Source of the DNA: Aureliella sp.
GTDB lineage: Bacteria; Planctomycetota; Planctomycetia; Pirellulales; Pirellulaceae
NCBI GenBank assembly: GCA_963691875.1
Contig: OY829846.1
Span: 2,656,001 to 2,720,000, forward strand
Direction of reading: 5' to 3'
DNA length: 64,000 nucleotides
The position numbers and the translations under genes were made by a program. Below the pieces are notes generated by a model. That model was not told the origin of the DNA, did not search any database, and saw nothing but the letters and a program-made list of their open reading frames with translations. Positions 1-11,074 of this stretch are shown piece by piece; the first letter of the stretch is position 1, and each line of letters begins with the position of its first letter.

Positions 1-836
1 AACGGGCTTGGATTGACAACCCTGAGCGTGCGATAGACTTCGAAGGGATCGCAGAGTGCGGGCATCTCAATCCGCTGGCTAATAACGACTTGGAAAATGT
101 CGCCGGCTCGGATGTACTCGGTACAAGTCTCGACCGCCTGCTCAAACTCGGCCTGAGTGAAGTTGCTCTTCTTCTCGATGTCAACTTGTTGCTCTGAGTC
201 AAAGTCCACTACCGAGAGCGAGTGCGTTGGCTGTTGGAGTTTATGGGTCAACTCATCGAGTCGTTTGCAGCCATTGGCATAAGCGGCGTTAACAGATTCG
301 AATTGGTCGCAGTGTACGTGAGCAACAACAAACAAGGACTTGGTGACATGATCGAAAATCACCAAGTCATCGAAGATGGAAAAATCAAGATCGGGCAGAT
401 TACGATCGTCGCTGGGTGCGTTTGGCAAATCTTCTACATAGCGAACGACGTCGTAGCTCGCGTAGCCAATCGCTCCGCCAGTCAACGGAGGCAATTCAGG
501 CAAGACAGCGACACGTTTACCGGAGACGCAATTCCACAGACTGTCCAACGGGTCTTCGGCCTGAGTCGCGCTCTGAGTCCCATCCGGCGTCTGACGGCAA
601 ACCTCAGCACCTCGAGCCGTGATTCGCTCACCTGGTCCGACGGCGATAAAGCTGTAGCGACCTACCTTTTCACCGCCGATCACGCTCTCGAATAGGCACG
701 CCGCAGACTTACCATCGTCTAGGAGGCTGAAAGCGGAAACTGGCGTTAGGGCATCGCTCAGCAAGCGACGGTAAACTGGAACCAACTGGAATTCCTGGGC
801 CAGTTCTTGGAAGCGATGCAGGCTAGGCGAGGGCAT
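1..836 (-). CDS. trpE: Anthranilate synthase component I, N-terminal part (runs off the window start; alternative start at 866)
   Basis: Not in the ORF track; translated manually on the minus strand: MPSPSLHRFQELAQEFQLVPVYRRLLSDALTPVSAF...LFESVIGGEKVGRYSFI...SNFTQAEFEQAVETCTEYIRAGDIFQVVISQR...FEVYRTLRVVNPSP, all hallmark TrpE motifs. Confidence 0.93.
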   Translation of the reverse strand, partial: MPSPSLHRFQELAQEFQLVPVYRRLLSDALTPVSAFSLLDDGKSAACLFESVIGGEKVGRYSFIAVGPGERITARGAEVCRQTPDGTQSATQAEDPLDSLWNCVSGKRVAVLPELPPLTGGAIGYASYDVVRYVEDLPNAPSDDRNLPDLDFSIFDDLVIFDHVTKSLFVVAHVHCDQFESVNAAYANGCKRLDELTHKLQQPTHSLSVVDFDSEQQVDIEKKSNFTQAEFEQAVETCTEYIRAGDIFQVVISQRIEMPALCDPFEVYRTLRVVNPSP

Positions 837-1239
837 GGGTGGGTTGGGGCCTGATAATGAAGGCATCGTTGGACTAGACGGGGAATATAGCCGTGGAACC
901 CAGGGGATTCGAAACTCTTCCTCAAACACAGCGTGGGCGACCACGAGCATAACCACGGCCGAACTCCAGTTCCCCTCGCCGATTCAACGGGGGAAGCCGT
1001 AGACGAGGAACCTGATTGTAACTGGGCTTTGAGACTTTCGACACGTCTGCTGCGTGACAGAATCGAGCACCGCGAAGTTCGGGGCCATTGGTAAGAAACG
1101 TAGGTGGAGCTGTCCGATTTTCGCACCTCATATCGTCGATGCATCGCCAACTCGGTATCATTGATAGCGGGAGCAAACTTTTCCTGTCGCGAGAAGGATC
1201 GGTTCTTATATTGAGTGGGCTCGAAAGGGATCTGTCAGA

Positions 1240-1767
1240 GTGAAAAAATGCCAGCACTGTGAGAAGCCAGCGACTTTTCACATTACAGAACTCACGGAGC
1301 CCAACGGACCGGTCAAGCACCACTTGTGCGAGGCCTGCGCGAAGCTTTACCTCTCGCCGGATAATGAAGACGACGATTCGCCCCCCAATGCGCTGGTCAG
1401 CATGCTCGACAAGCAGATTAAAATTGATCAAACCAAAGACGAACTGGAGGAGCTGGATCGCAAGTCCTGCCCAATTTGTGGCATCACCTTTGCTGAGTTT
1501 CGCAAAGAAGGACGTCTTGGCTGCTCGTACGACTATGTTTGTTTTGAAGAAGATCTCGCACCACTGTTGAACAGTATCCACGGTTCGATTGCACATGCAG
1601 GGAAACGCCCGACGCGTGATACTGGCTCGCCTGATCGTCAACATGAATTGATTCAGCTTCGGCGCGAAATGCAGGACGCGGTGCAAACGGAAGATTACGA
1701 AAAGGCAGGCGAACTGAGAGATCGAATAAAACAGATCGAAGGAGCCGATGGCGGCGCCGAAAGTTAA
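1240..1767 (+). CDS. mcsA: McsA, protein-arginine kinase activator (CxxC motifs plus UVR domain)
   Basis: CQHC...HLCEAC...CPICG...GRLGC, C-terminal UVR motif EDYEKAGELRDRIK; directly upstream of mcsB. Confidence 0.9.
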   Translation: MKKCQHCEKPATFHITELTEPNGPVKHHLCEACAKLYLSPDNEDDDSPPNALVSMLDKQIKIDQTKDELEELDRKSCPICGITFAEFRKEGRLGCSYDYVCFEEDLAPLLNSIHGSIAHAGKRPTRDTGSPDRQHELIQLRREMQDAVQTEDYEKAGELRDRIKQIEGADGGAES

Positions 1768-1835
1768 GGCGGCGTGACATCATGCGACTCATCGAGAAAG
1801 GGATTCTTCAAAGTGTTAAAAGAGCGTAGTTCAGC

Positions 1836-2909
1836 GTGGATCTAAGAGAGTTAGCCGGAAAATGTGGTCAGTGGTTAAGTGGTGCGGGGCCGGAATCGGA
1901 CATCGTTATCAGTAGTCGTATTCGTCTGGCTCGGAACTTGGGCGAGTACCCTTTTGTGCGCCGAGCTAGTGACGAAGAAAAGACACTGATTGCAAAACTG
2001 GCACACAGCAAAATCGAATCGCTGGAAGATTGGCAAGACATCCAACAGATTGATGTTCAGCAACTGGATGAAGTCGATCGGCAGTTACTGGTCGAACGGC
2101 AATTGATGAGCCGTGAGATGGCAGATTCGGAAGGAGATCGATGCGTTGCAGTGGATCCTCTCGAGCGTTTCAGCATCATGATCAACGAGGAAGATCACTT
2201 GCGGATCCAAGTCATGTGTAGTGGTTTGGATCTGGAGTCGGCCTGGCAGCGTGTCGACAAGCTGGACAACGATCTCGAGGAAAAACTCAACTACGCCTTT
2301 CACGAGCAACTCGGTTATCTCACAGCTTGCCCGACCAACGTTGGAACCGGACTACGCGTGAGTGTGATGGTCCATCTGCCCGCGTTAGTAATCACTCGAG
2401 AAATCGAGAAAGTCTTTCGTAGCTTGCAGAAGATCAACGTCGCGGTTCGCGGATTGTACGGCGAGGGCTCCAAATTCATGGGGGACTTCTACCAAGTCAG
2501 CAATCAAATCACACTTGGCAAAACCGAAGAAGACTTGCTGCAGACCGTCGCCGAAGTGGTTCCAAGGATTATCGACTACGAGCGACGGGCTCGCGAGTAC
2601 TTGGTCAATGAGAGCGAGCAAGATCTACACGACGACGTGAGCCGAGCCTACGGAATTTTATGCACGGCGAAGAAAATCAGTAGTGAAGAAACGTTACACT
2701 ATCTCTCTAAAGTCCGGATGGGTGTCAACCTGGGGCTGATTCGTTCCATTGAAATGGAAACGGTCAACAAGCTCTTTGTCCACACTCAACCGGCTCATTT
2801 GCAGAAGCTACACGGCACCCGCCTATCCGTGGCAGATCGCAATATCGAAAGAGCGGTCTTTCTGCAAAGCCACCTTGTCCCCAAGGGCGGCAGCGGCATG
2901 AACAACTAG
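1836..2909 (+). CDS. mcsB: Protein arginine kinase McsB
   Basis: ATP:guanido phosphotransferase motifs SSRIRLARN, INEEDHLRIQ, LTACPTNVGTGLR, VRGLYGEGS, QVSNQITLG. Confidence 0.95.
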   Translation: MDLRELAGKCGQWLSGAGPESDIVISSRIRLARNLGEYPFVRRASDEEKTLIAKLAHSKIESLEDWQDIQQIDVQQLDEVDRQLLVERQLMSREMADSEGDRCVAVDPLERFSIMINEEDHLRIQVMCSGLDLESAWQRVDKLDNDLEEKLNYAFHEQLGYLTACPTNVGTGLRVSVMVHLPALVITREIEKVFRSLQKINVAVRGLYGEGSKFMGDFYQVSNQITLGKTEEDLLQTVAEVVPRIIDYERRAREYLVNESEQDLHDDVSRAYGILCTAKKISSEETLHYLSKVRMGVNLGLIRSIEMETVNKLFVHTQPAHLQKLHGTRLSVADRNIERAVFLQSHLVPKGGSGMNN

Positions 2910-3098
2910 CTTCGCATGATGCGAAGCTGAAGTTGTGCCCGCTAGAGTCACGAGGCTCGAGACCACAGGTAGCTGAAGTCGCAAGACTTTGGACCCCGTC
3001 ACTGAGCAATTTCGTGCGGACTCTAGAGGGGTTCGCAGCAGCTTCCCCCAAACAAATGCCCAATCCCCAAATATCCTTGAAGTGAGTAAAGAGCAGAG

Positions 3099-5060
3099 AT
3101 GAATCAAGAATCCTCTGACGGCCAAGTCGATAGCGTCATGGTCGAATCGCGATTGTTCCCACCAAGCGATGAGTTTGTTGCCAAGTCGCGCGTCCAGGAC
3201 ATAGAGGGATATCAGGAGTTGTACGATCGCGCGGCCGCGGATCCCGAAGCTTTCTGGGCGAACGAGGCGCGCGAGCATCTCCACTGGTTTGAGCCATTTA
3301 CCAAGACTCTCGAGTGGGACAACCCATTTGCAAAGTGGTTTGTCGGAGGCAAGACCAACGTCAGCTACAACTGCTTGGACGCACACATTGCTGCAGGAAA
3401 CGGTGATCGCACTGCAATACTTTGGGAAGGTGAGCCAGGCGACACTCGCACACTCAATTATTTGGAGCTGCATAAAGAAGTAAGCCAATTTGCCAACGTG
3501 CTGAAGAAGGTCGGAGTGAAGCAGGGAGACGTCGTCAGCATTTACATGCCGATGACTCCCGAGCTGGCTATTGCCATGTTGGCTTGCGCTCGGATTGGCG
3601 CCGTGCACTCTGTGATTTTTGCAGGCTTCTCGGCTGAAGCAATAGCTGACAGAAACAACGACGCCGGAGCCAAAGTACAGCTCACCAGCGATGGGCTTCA
3701 TCGTCGCGGAAAAGTACTGCCACTGAAAGAAACTGTCGATCAGGCGCTCGCCAAGAGCCCTACGGTCGAAACTTGCATCGTCCTCCGCCGCGTCGGCAAC
3801 GATGCTCCCATGACCGAAGGACGCGATCACTGGTGGCACGAATTGGTGGGATCCGTAGAGGCAGAGTGTCCTGCGGAGCCACTCGATAGCGAAACCCCAC
3901 TGTTCATTCTTTACACAAGTGGCTCGACTGGTAAGCCAAAGGGAATTCGCCACACGACTGCTGGCTACAACTTGTACGCCAAACGAACCTTCCAGTGGGT
4001 ATTTGATCACCGCGACGACGACATCTACTGGTGCACAGCTGACTGCGGCTGGATTACGGGACACAGCTACATCGTCTATGGTCCACTTTCGGCCGGGGCA
4101 ACCATGCTGATGTATGAAGGTGCACCGAACTTTCCCGCTGAGGATCGATTCTGGGATCTGGTCGAGAAGTACAAAGTGACTTTGCTTTACACCGCGCCGA
4201 CTGCTATTCGAGCCTTTATCAAGTGGGGCGATGAGCATGTGGACAAGCACGATTTGAGTAGCTTGCGATTGCTCGGCAGCGTCGGCGAAGGAATCAATCC
4301 TGAAGCCTGGATGTGGTACCACAAAAAGATTGGCAGCGAACGCTGTCCGATTGTGGATACATGGTGGCAAACGGAAACCGGTGGCATCATGATGTCGCCA
4401 TTGCCAGGAGCGATTGCGACCAAACCCGGTAGTTGCACCAAACCACTGCCCGGAGTGATTCCAAAGATCGTCGATGAAGAAGGCAATGAAGTGCCGAAGG
4501 GACGCGGTGGCATGCTGTGCATCGATCACCCGTGGCCAGGCATGTTGCGTGGAATCTGGGGCGATGAAGATCGCTTCAAAGAGCAGTACTGGACGAAAGT
4601 ACCGGGCAAGTACCTGACGGGTGACAACGCTCGGCAGGACAGCGATGGATACTACTGGATCATGGGGCGCATTGATGACGTTATCAATGTTTCTGGTCAC
4701 CGGCTGTCCACAATTGAAGTAGAGAGTGCTCTGGTTTCGCATCCGGCGGTCGCGGAAGCAGCCGTGGTTGGCAAGCCTGATGAGATCAAGGGGCAAGCCA
4801 TCGCTGCCTTCGTGACTTTGTGCGAGGCAGATCCAGACGAAGAGTTGCGGAATAACTTGCGTCTGCACGTTCGGAAAGAAATCGGAGCCCTGGCCCAGCC
4901 TGACCAGATTCGCTTCACCGGTTCCCTACCGAAGACTCGTAGCGGCAAGATCATGCGGCGATTGCTTCGTGATATTGCCTCCGGCAAGGAGCAGACCGGC
5001 GATACCTCTACGCTCGAAGACTATTCGGTACTAGCATCTCTTCGCGACGATGAAGAGTAG
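3099..5060 (+). CDS. acs: Acetyl-CoA synthetase (AMP-forming)
   Basis: [46 protein letters not shown]; 653 aa. Confidence 0.96.
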   Translation: MNQESSDGQVDSVMVESRLFPPSDEFVAKSRVQDIEGYQELYDRAAADPEAFWANEAREHLHWFEPFTKTLEWDNPFAKWFVGGKTNVSYNCLDAHIAAGNGDRTAILWEGEPGDTRTLNYLELHKEVSQFANVLKKVGVKQGDVVSIYMPMTPELAIAMLACARIGAVHSVIFAGFSAEAIADRNNDAGAKVQLTSDGLHRRGKVLPLKETVDQALAKSPTVETCIVLRRVGNDAPMTEGRDHWWHELVGSVEAECPAEPLDSETPLFILYTSGSTGKPKGIRHTTAGYNLYAKRTFQWVFDHRDDDIYWCTADCGWITGHSYIVYGPLSAGATMLMYEGAPNFPAEDRFWDLVEKYKVTLLYTAPTAIRAFIKWGDEHVDKHDLSSLRLLGSVGEGINPEAWMWYHKKIGSERCPIVDTWWQTETGGIMMSPLPGAIATKPGSCTKPLPGVIPKIVDEEGNEVPKGRGGMLCIDHPWPGMLRGIWGDEDRFKEQYWTKVPGKYLTGDNARQDSDGYYWIMGRIDDVINVSGHRLSTIEVESALVSHPAVAEAAVVGKPDEIKGQAIAAFVTLCEADPDEELRNNLRLHVRKEIGALAQPDQIRFTGSLPKTRSGKIMRRLLRDIASGKEQTGDTSTLEDYSVLASLRDDEE

Positions 5061-5099
5061 TAAGTTCTCGAAGCGGGCGCTCATTACCCGGGGATAACG

Positions 5100-5672
5100 G
5101 TAGATAGGTTAAGTCATCATTTTGAACGCTATCAAGCTGCTCCTGACCATGGCGGAGGAAACTCCGAAGCGATTGCTTGCTGGCGCTGGTGATACGGGCA
5201 AATAAATGATGAGGAATACAACTTGGCTCACAAGCGCGAACACAATTGTGCAGTGAATCTAGTTCCTTCCGATGCGTGTTGTGGTCGAACACATATGATG
5301 CAATTTGCACGAGAGCGATGCTGACAAGGATTAAAACCACAATCCCGACTTTCAGTTGGAAACTGGCGATTGCCGCACAGGCTGTGGCTAGGGCTGTGAT
5401 CTGAGGCAAAGACTCAATAGAGATTGTCCGCGTGGCTTGAAGCAACATACTGGTTGGGCCGCGACCGAAAGAAAGGACCGCTCTCTGCTCGGTTCGGGTA
5501 GCCAACCGGAGCTTGCACATTCAGCTTCAAGGACTTGGCGGGCTGCTCCGCATACCGGGCATGGTTTCTCAATAGAATCCTGCTCATCTACAGCGTTCGC
5601 ATCATTCTGCCTTACTCTAGACAAGGGCGACTCAGCCGCAGAACTGAGCCAATTCGAAAGCGTTTCCTGCAA
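5100..5672 (-). pseudogene. Possible frameshifted small membrane protein with an N-terminal Zn-ribbon remnant
   Basis: CPVCG motif in one frame (5388-5672) and a hydrophobic segment (ITALATACAAIASFQLKVGIVVLILVSIALV) in another frame (5008-5520); neither ORF alone looks complete. Confidence 0.3.
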
Positions 5673-5746
5673 TTGCTTGGAGAGCTAATGAGGCGAGAAA
5701 AGGGGTGGCAGCGTCCATTCTTGCAGTCAAGCTAAAAGCAGGCAAA

Positions 5747-7993
5747 TTACGCCTCATTAGATGCCTGAAGATGCCGAGCCTGACATTCAGCGTCAATCGG
5801 CAAACGAAGCTTGAACGCTGCGCCACACCCAATACCACCGCTATTAACTGTTAGCGAACCACCGACAGCTTCTGCGGCGAGGGCGCTGCTGTGGAGACCG
5901 AATCCGTGCCCTTTTTTGCGAGTCGTAAAACCATGGCCAAAGATGCGAGTCAGATTTTCTTTGGCGATCCCCATTCCATTGTCTTTTACGATAACATGAA
6001 TTGCATCGGCATCCTCTTTGATTCGGATCTCAATTAGCGGCGATTCTACTTCATACTCGATTACCGCATTCTTGGCATTACCGACTAGGTTCACCAGAAT
6101 CTGCAGGACCTTGTGGCGATCGGTGCATACATTTGGAACTTCGTAGAATTCTCGTCGGATTTCCACACAGTTCTTCGACAATCCCTCTTGGTTGAAGCGA
6201 ATTGCTTCATCCATCAGTTCTGTGATCGCTACAGGTTCGCTCGTGGACACCTGCCGCGCATTTTCTTGCTGACCTTGTACCACTTCTTTGATATGGTCAA
6301 CGCTCTTGGCTACACACTGCAATTCATCTTGGTGTAATTTTTGTTCATCTTTTAATGATACGGATAGTTCTCGAATCAAGCTCGGGAGATGTTTACCACG
6401 CCCCTCTGAAACAAACTCTACCAGATTGTCTTCGTGTTGTTCTAGCACTTGGGCGATGCGTTCTACGGTGACGAGTTTGCTTTCACGCCAAGCATTACTC
6501 ATTAGAGTTGTCGAAACATTGATACTGTTGAGGACATTACCAACGTTGTGCAGGACTCCCGTAGCGACCTCGGCCATTCCAGCCTGGCGAGAAAGGCTGA
6601 TCATCTCCTGCGACATCCTTGCCTTCTCGTATTCAGCTTGTTGTTTAGCGGTGATATCGGATCCGATCGCAATAAAGTTGATGACCTCACCCGACTCATC
6701 TCGAATCGGGCGTGATTCGATCGACACCCAATAGTGCTCACCAGCCTTGTTGTAATTCACGATGTCGACATCGAAGCCTTCTTTTCGTCCGATGGCTTCT
6801 TGCATAACCGCAATTGTTTCCGGATCCGTTTCTGGACCCTGCAAGATCACTCCAGGCTTTTGGCCGATGACTTCTGCTAACTCGTAGCCTGAGGTTCTGG
6901 TAAAGCTCTCGTTGACCCACTCGATTTTTCCGTCTGCGTCGGTAACCACAACCAAATTGTCCGTGAATTTGGCGACCAGTGCAGGAATACGATAAGTTTC
7001 GCGGGAGACAGTGGTTTTCTCCAGCTCCGAGAGCATGCTGTTGAACTGATGCTGGAGCTGCTGAAATTCCGCAATGCGTTCGGTACTGACTCTCCTCGTA
7101 AGATCAGCTTTGGCGCGAACGTCCTTGATCGCTTCTAGTAGTGCTTTGAGCTGTCGCGTTGTGAATCCGATTGTGAGTAGCAAACCGAGCAACAAGATGC
7201 TGCTAATCGCGAAGACTGCAAATGCCAATGCGATCCGAACTGCACCCGCTGCCTCGGCTGCAGTGCTGTCCGATTGCCACACGTGCCCCACTAGTCCCGG
7301 TAGCTCTGTGATTTGGAAACTGGATGCAAACCAGCCTTCGGGAATTTGCAGTTTCTGAGCTGCGGAAACCGAATGAAATCTGGAATGGGCCAATACTTCA
7401 TCATCGTACGAAAGCTGGATGGCAAGCTCGGGACTACCAACGACGAGATCGTCGAAGAAGTTGCTTGAGTCATAGACGGTCACCAGTGCGCCTTCCACAG
7501 CAGAGGAATACAGTACTGGCTGCGCGACGATTAGTCCTTCCGAATCAAGCCTGACAAACGTAGCTACATCCACCGACTCGGAAAGCCAACTCTTTAACAC
7601 TTCGAGACGGGGGTCATGCGGCAGCTTCTGAGCAATCGGTGCTCCCTTATAGTCTAGCACTGCAATGTTGTGGACTGGAGTTCCAGGGAAGTCCAGAGAG
7701 CGAATGAAAGGCAGGAGGTCAGATGAGCGATTCTCAGAATTAACAAAGGTGTTGACTACAATATGGTTGTTCGCAATTGCCGCGCAGGCATCAATCGCTT
7801 GACGCAACTTGGTCTGCACGGCCAGCTGAATCCCCTCAGATCTATTATTCACCTGCTCTTGGATCTGATTACTGATCTCCGAATTGACCTTGCGCACAAC
7901 TACGCAGCTGATCAGGATCAACAACGCAAAGGCTGCGGGGACGATCCGAATCAGAATTATCGTTCGAAGAGATGGTGAACGCGTATTCGCCAT
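5747..7993 (-). CDS. Membrane sensor histidine kinase (periplasmic domain, HAMP, PAS/PAC, HisKA-like, HATPase)
   Basis: Two TM segments; PAS (VVVTDADGKIEWVNESF...LQGPETD); H-box ATGVLHNVGNVLNS; N/G boxes QILVNLVGNA, DNGMGI, FTTRKKGHGFGL. Confidence 0.92.
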   Translation of the reverse strand: MANTRSPSLRTIILIRIVPAAFALLILISCVVVRKVNSEISNQIQEQVNNRSEGIQLAVQTKLRQAIDACAAIANNHIVVNTFVNSENRSSDLLPFIRSLDFPGTPVHNIAVLDYKGAPIAQKLPHDPRLEVLKSWLSESVDVATFVRLDSEGLIVAQPVLYSSAVEGALVTVYDSSNFFDDLVVGSPELAIQLSYDDEVLAHSRFHSVSAAQKLQIPEGWFASSFQITELPGLVGHVWQSDSTAAEAAGAVRIALAFAVFAISSILLLGLLLTIGFTTRQLKALLEAIKDVRAKADLTRRVSTERIAEFQQLQHQFNSMLSELEKTTVSRETYRIPALVAKFTDNLVVVTDADGKIEWVNESFTRTSGYELAEVIGQKPGVILQGPETDPETIAVMQEAIGRKEGFDVDIVNYNKAGEHYWVSIESRPIRDESGEVINFIAIGSDITAKQQAEYEKARMSQEMISLSRQAGMAEVATGVLHNVGNVLNSINVSTTLMSNAWRESKLVTVERIAQVLEQHEDNLVEFVSEGRGKHLPSLIRELSVSLKDEQKLHQDELQCVAKSVDHIKEVVQGQQENARQVSTSEPVAITELMDEAIRFNQEGLSKNCVEIRREFYEVPNVCTDRHKVLQILVNLVGNAKNAVIEYEVESPLIEIRIKEDADAIHVIVKDNGMGIAKENLTRIFGHGFTTRKKGHGFGLHSSALAAEAVGGSLTVNSGGIGCGAAFKLRLPIDAECQARHLQASNEA

Positions 7994-8001
7994 CGTTAGC
8001 G

Positions 8002-9342
8002 TCAGTTCTCCAAAGGCACAATAACGCCTTCGCTATCAAAGCGGGCGAGGAAAAAGTCGCTTGCATCCAGTGCATCGTGGTGATTGAAAGGAAACGGGCG
8101 GTCATAGTCACGTATGATTCCGTGGTAGTTCTCAAGTGCTTCAAGGCTCTCCCGCAGCTTCGTTGTTTCTATTGATTGCGAATTGTGAATTGCTAGTGCA
8201 ACCATACGCATCAGCTCGTAGGAGTGCGCCGTGCCGACGGGAGCGAATATCCCGCGAGGACTTTGGCAGTCCTCGTACTTCGCCAGATAGGCTTCGGTCA
8301 ATGCTTGAACTCGCTCCGGATATCTCGGCTGAACGAAGGAGAATGATTGCAGGAACGATAGGTCCACCCCATCGAGATAGTCTTGAGCGAGCTCGAAGAA
8401 GCGGCCGCCTGAGATCCCCCAATGCGACACAACCCGAGGTCGCTGACTGTCGGGCAAGCCGGCCACCGCCTTTACTGCCGCAACTCCTTCGAGCGAGTTG
8501 CATACAAGCAGAATAGTGTCGCAGTCCTTGGCGGCCAATCTTTGCGTAAGCAGACTGAGATTCTTTTCGCCCCAGTTGAACCACTCTTCCCCTACCCGCT
8601 CCAGCCCTTGGTCGGCTAACGCCTCTTTCATTGCCTTCTCGTTCGAACGCCCCCAAGCAGTTCTCTCAAGCATCAGGCCGATTTTCTTTCCACCGCGCTG
8701 TAGAGCGCTACGTACCAAAAACCCACCTGCATATTCATCGCGTACGGACACTCGAAATACATGATTCGGCGAGAAGCCATTCTTGACCACAGGAGTGCCG
8801 GCGGCCCAAGGACAAAAGTAGAGCAAATCATTGGAGTGGATGAACTCCAGTTCGCGAATTGCCACTGGCGTGTGAATACCGCCAAACACTCCGATCAAAT
8901 CTCGCACTTCGGTGAATGCCGCTAGGTTGTCGAGTCCACGGTCAGGATTACCTCGGTGATCACGCACAATCAGTTCGACTGGACGGCCAAGCAAGCCACC
9001 ATCACGATTGATTTCTTCGATCGCAAGCTCCAGCCCTCGCCGAATGGCTTCGCCTGAACGAGCTGAACCGGATGACATGTCAGCGTCGATCCCGATCACC
9101 AAGGAGTTTTCAACCTGCGGAACTGAATAGAAGGGACGCGTAGAAGCCTTGGCATTTACACGGATAGTGCCGGAACTCTTCTCTTCTTGCTCTTCTGGGC
9201 TCTGCGTCTGAGTTTTCCCAGCCTCTTCCGTGTTCTTGCAACCAGCCAGGACAGCCAATGACGTGTAAATCAACAATCCGAGCAGGATGCTGTACTTCCG
9301 GCTAATGCAATGAAAACCGTCGACAAACACATTCACTCTCAT
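8002..9342 (-). CDS. Periplasmic (lipoprotein) substrate-binding protein, branched-chain amino acid/LivJ-like fold
   Basis: Lipobox LAGC; GLELAIEEINRDGGLLGRPVELIVRDHRGNP typical of type I periplasmic binding proteins. Confidence 0.85.
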   Translation of the reverse strand: MRVNVFVDGFHCISRKYSILLGLLIYTSLAVLAGCKNTEEAGKTQTQSPEEQEEKSSGTIRVNAKASTRPFYSVPQVENSLVIGIDADMSSGSARSGEAIRRGLELAIEEINRDGGLLGRPVELIVRDHRGNPDRGLDNLAAFTEVRDLIGVFGGIHTPVAIRELEFIHSNDLLYFCPWAAGTPVVKNGFSPNHVFRVSVRDEYAGGFLVRSALQRGGKKIGLMLERTAWGRSNEKAMKEALADQGLERVGEEWFNWGEKNLSLLTQRLAAKDCDTILLVCNSLEGVAAVKAVAGLPDSQRPRVVSHWGISGGRFFELAQDYLDGVDLSFLQSFSFVQPRYPERVQALTEAYLAKYEDCQSPRGIFAPVGTAHSYELMRMVALAIHNSQSIETTKLRESLEALENYHGIIRDYDRPFPFNHHDALDASDFFLARFDSEGVIVPLEN

Positions 9343-9352
9343 CTATTCTCTC

Positions 9353-10201
9353 TCAAAATCGATACTGGACGCCTGAGGCGATTCCGAAGTCATCTGCCAA
9401 GTACTGGTTGACACGAAACTCAGTGATCACATGCAAGCCCTCTGCCACGCGCATGCGTACTTGGTGCTCCGTAACGATAGCTGTTGTGTTGTTGTTACTG
9501 TTGTAGTTCAAGTCGAAAAAACCACCCGTTGAGAGTCGCCCGTCGCAAACACTGTCAAATTGCTTGTTCCAATTAAAACTCCACTGGCCGGTATTTTCTA
9601 TTGTTTGCACTGGAAAAAACTTAAAGCCCAATCGAAACTTACCAGCCCACAGCCCCGAGTCAGGTGACCATTTGCTGGTGTCAGGCGCCCAGAACATTCC
9701 GAAACGCCCAATCTCGTTGTCTTGTCCTTGTAAGTCGTTCAATTCTGCAACCACGCCCATGTTGCGCCAAAGCTTACGTTTGAAGTCTAGCTCTAGGAAA
9801 TGACGACTGATGTCCTCGCGATCGGAACTGGTATTGTCTGCGCCTTCCAAGTCGATAAAGCCCCAGAGACTGAACCCAAGTGGAAGCGGTGAGTGCCCCT
9901 GAAAGTGCAGGACGTTGTACCCACGATTATCAAAGTCATACTCGGCAAGGAACCATCGGCCACCCTCCGCCCTGGTAGCCTCGAAAATGTCATCGACGAT
10001 CTCCAAACGACTGGGCTTAGTACACTCCTTGCAAACGTCAACGACGTCGCACGAAGTACAACCGGAGATCGGATTGGCACACCCCGCGTCTTCTGAGTCA
10101 CAGATACTCATCATCGCGCAATTGTCGCGTTGTGCCCGCAATGGCATTGCAAGTGAAGTCCATAATGCAATAACGCAAACAATAGCCACAATGTTCCGCA
10201 T
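9353..10201 (-). CDS. Putative outer-membrane beta-barrel protein with Cys-rich N-terminal linker
   Basis: Signal peptide, alternating amphipathic strands (FSLWGFIDL, LSTGGFFDLNY), C-terminal GVQYRF beta-signal. Confidence 0.6.
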   Translation of the reverse strand: MRNIVAIVCVIALWTSLAMPLRAQRDNCAMMSICDSEDAGCANPISGCTSCDVVDVCKECTKPSRLEIVDDIFEATRAEGGRWFLAEYDFDNRGYNVLHFQGHSPLPLGFSLWGFIDLEGADNTSSDREDISRHFLELDFKRKLWRNMGVVAELNDLQGQDNEIGRFGMFWAPDTSKWSPDSGLWAGKFRLGFKFFPVQTIENTGQWSFNWNKQFDSVCDGRLSTGGFFDLNYNSNNNTTAIVTEHQVRMRVAEGLHVITEFRVNQYLADDFGIASGVQYRF

Positions 10202-10573
10202 CGTTCTTCCCTGTTCCGGTCTTAGAAATTAGGACATCAATAACTCAGTCGGGCTGCCAAACTGGTGTCTGAGCGGGCTTGAATGCAAAGAAGGGGAAAC
10301 CCTCATGGACGTGGCGGAGAACACAGTAGTGAATACCAATCCACGCGACGACCTTGCGTCAAAACAAGTGATCATCAAGCGTCACATGGGACACGCACGC
10401 CCTAGGGCGTGATCTACGCCGTGCCTCGGATGGGCAGAAACGTCACCTTCAGGACTTCAGATGGCAGCACAAAAGACTTCTAAAACTACCGCGTCCTAAT
10501 CCCCACATAGAAAGAGGTGCTGGAGTCATCGGACAACAGCACCTCGCTTGTGTTTTTAGATTGGCTAGTTGGC

Positions 10574-11026
10574 TCAAGTAATTTCGCCGCCACCTTCGCC
10601 GTCAGATGGAGCCTCGTTCCCAGCTTCAGCAGAGGGGTCAGCTGGTGCCACTGCTCGCTGGGAATCAAGTACTTTCAACTCAATTTTGTCCTGGTAGCCG
10701 CTACCGTGCGCGTCCATCAGAGTGAAGCCGAGAAATAGCGCCACAAAGATGAACGAACTAAGGAAAAAGATCGCGTTCAGCGGCTTGTCGTGAATCATGT
10801 GCATGAAGAACAAGATGACAAGACTCGCCTTGATTGTCGCAATCACGAGCGACGCGACCAGTTCCATGCTGCCCAGGTCCAAGGTGGCTTGGTAGACAGT
10901 AGCAATGGTCAAAATGATCAACGCGAAAAATACGGCAAGCAACTGCCAAACCGGCATGGGATGGGCGAACCCATGTCCATGACCGCCCGAAGCGTTTGAA
11001 TCTGATGAAGCTGCGTGTTCCGACAT
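10574..11026 (-). CDS. Cytochrome c oxidase subunit IV family protein
   Basis: IATIKASLVILFFMHM motif, three TM helices, last gene of the oxidase operon. Confidence 0.85.
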   Translation of the reverse strand: MSEHAASSDSNASGGHGHGFAHPMPVWQLLAVFFALIILTIATVYQATLDLGSMELVASLVIATIKASLVILFFMHMIHDKPLNAIFFLSSFIFVALFLGFTLMDAHGSGYQDKIELKVLDSQRAVAPADPSAEAGNEAPSDGEGGGEIT

Positions 11027-11074
11027 TCTATTCTTCTTATCTTCCTGGGAAAGCGAAGGCTCTCAGGTGACTTT

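Noticed and set aside
222..695. 157-aa plus-strand ORF
   Set aside because: Antisense to trpE, which is the real gene and is missing from the ORF track because it is truncated by the window edge.
2823..4868. 681-aa minus-strand ORF
   Set aside because: Antisense shadow of acs, with no motifs of its own.
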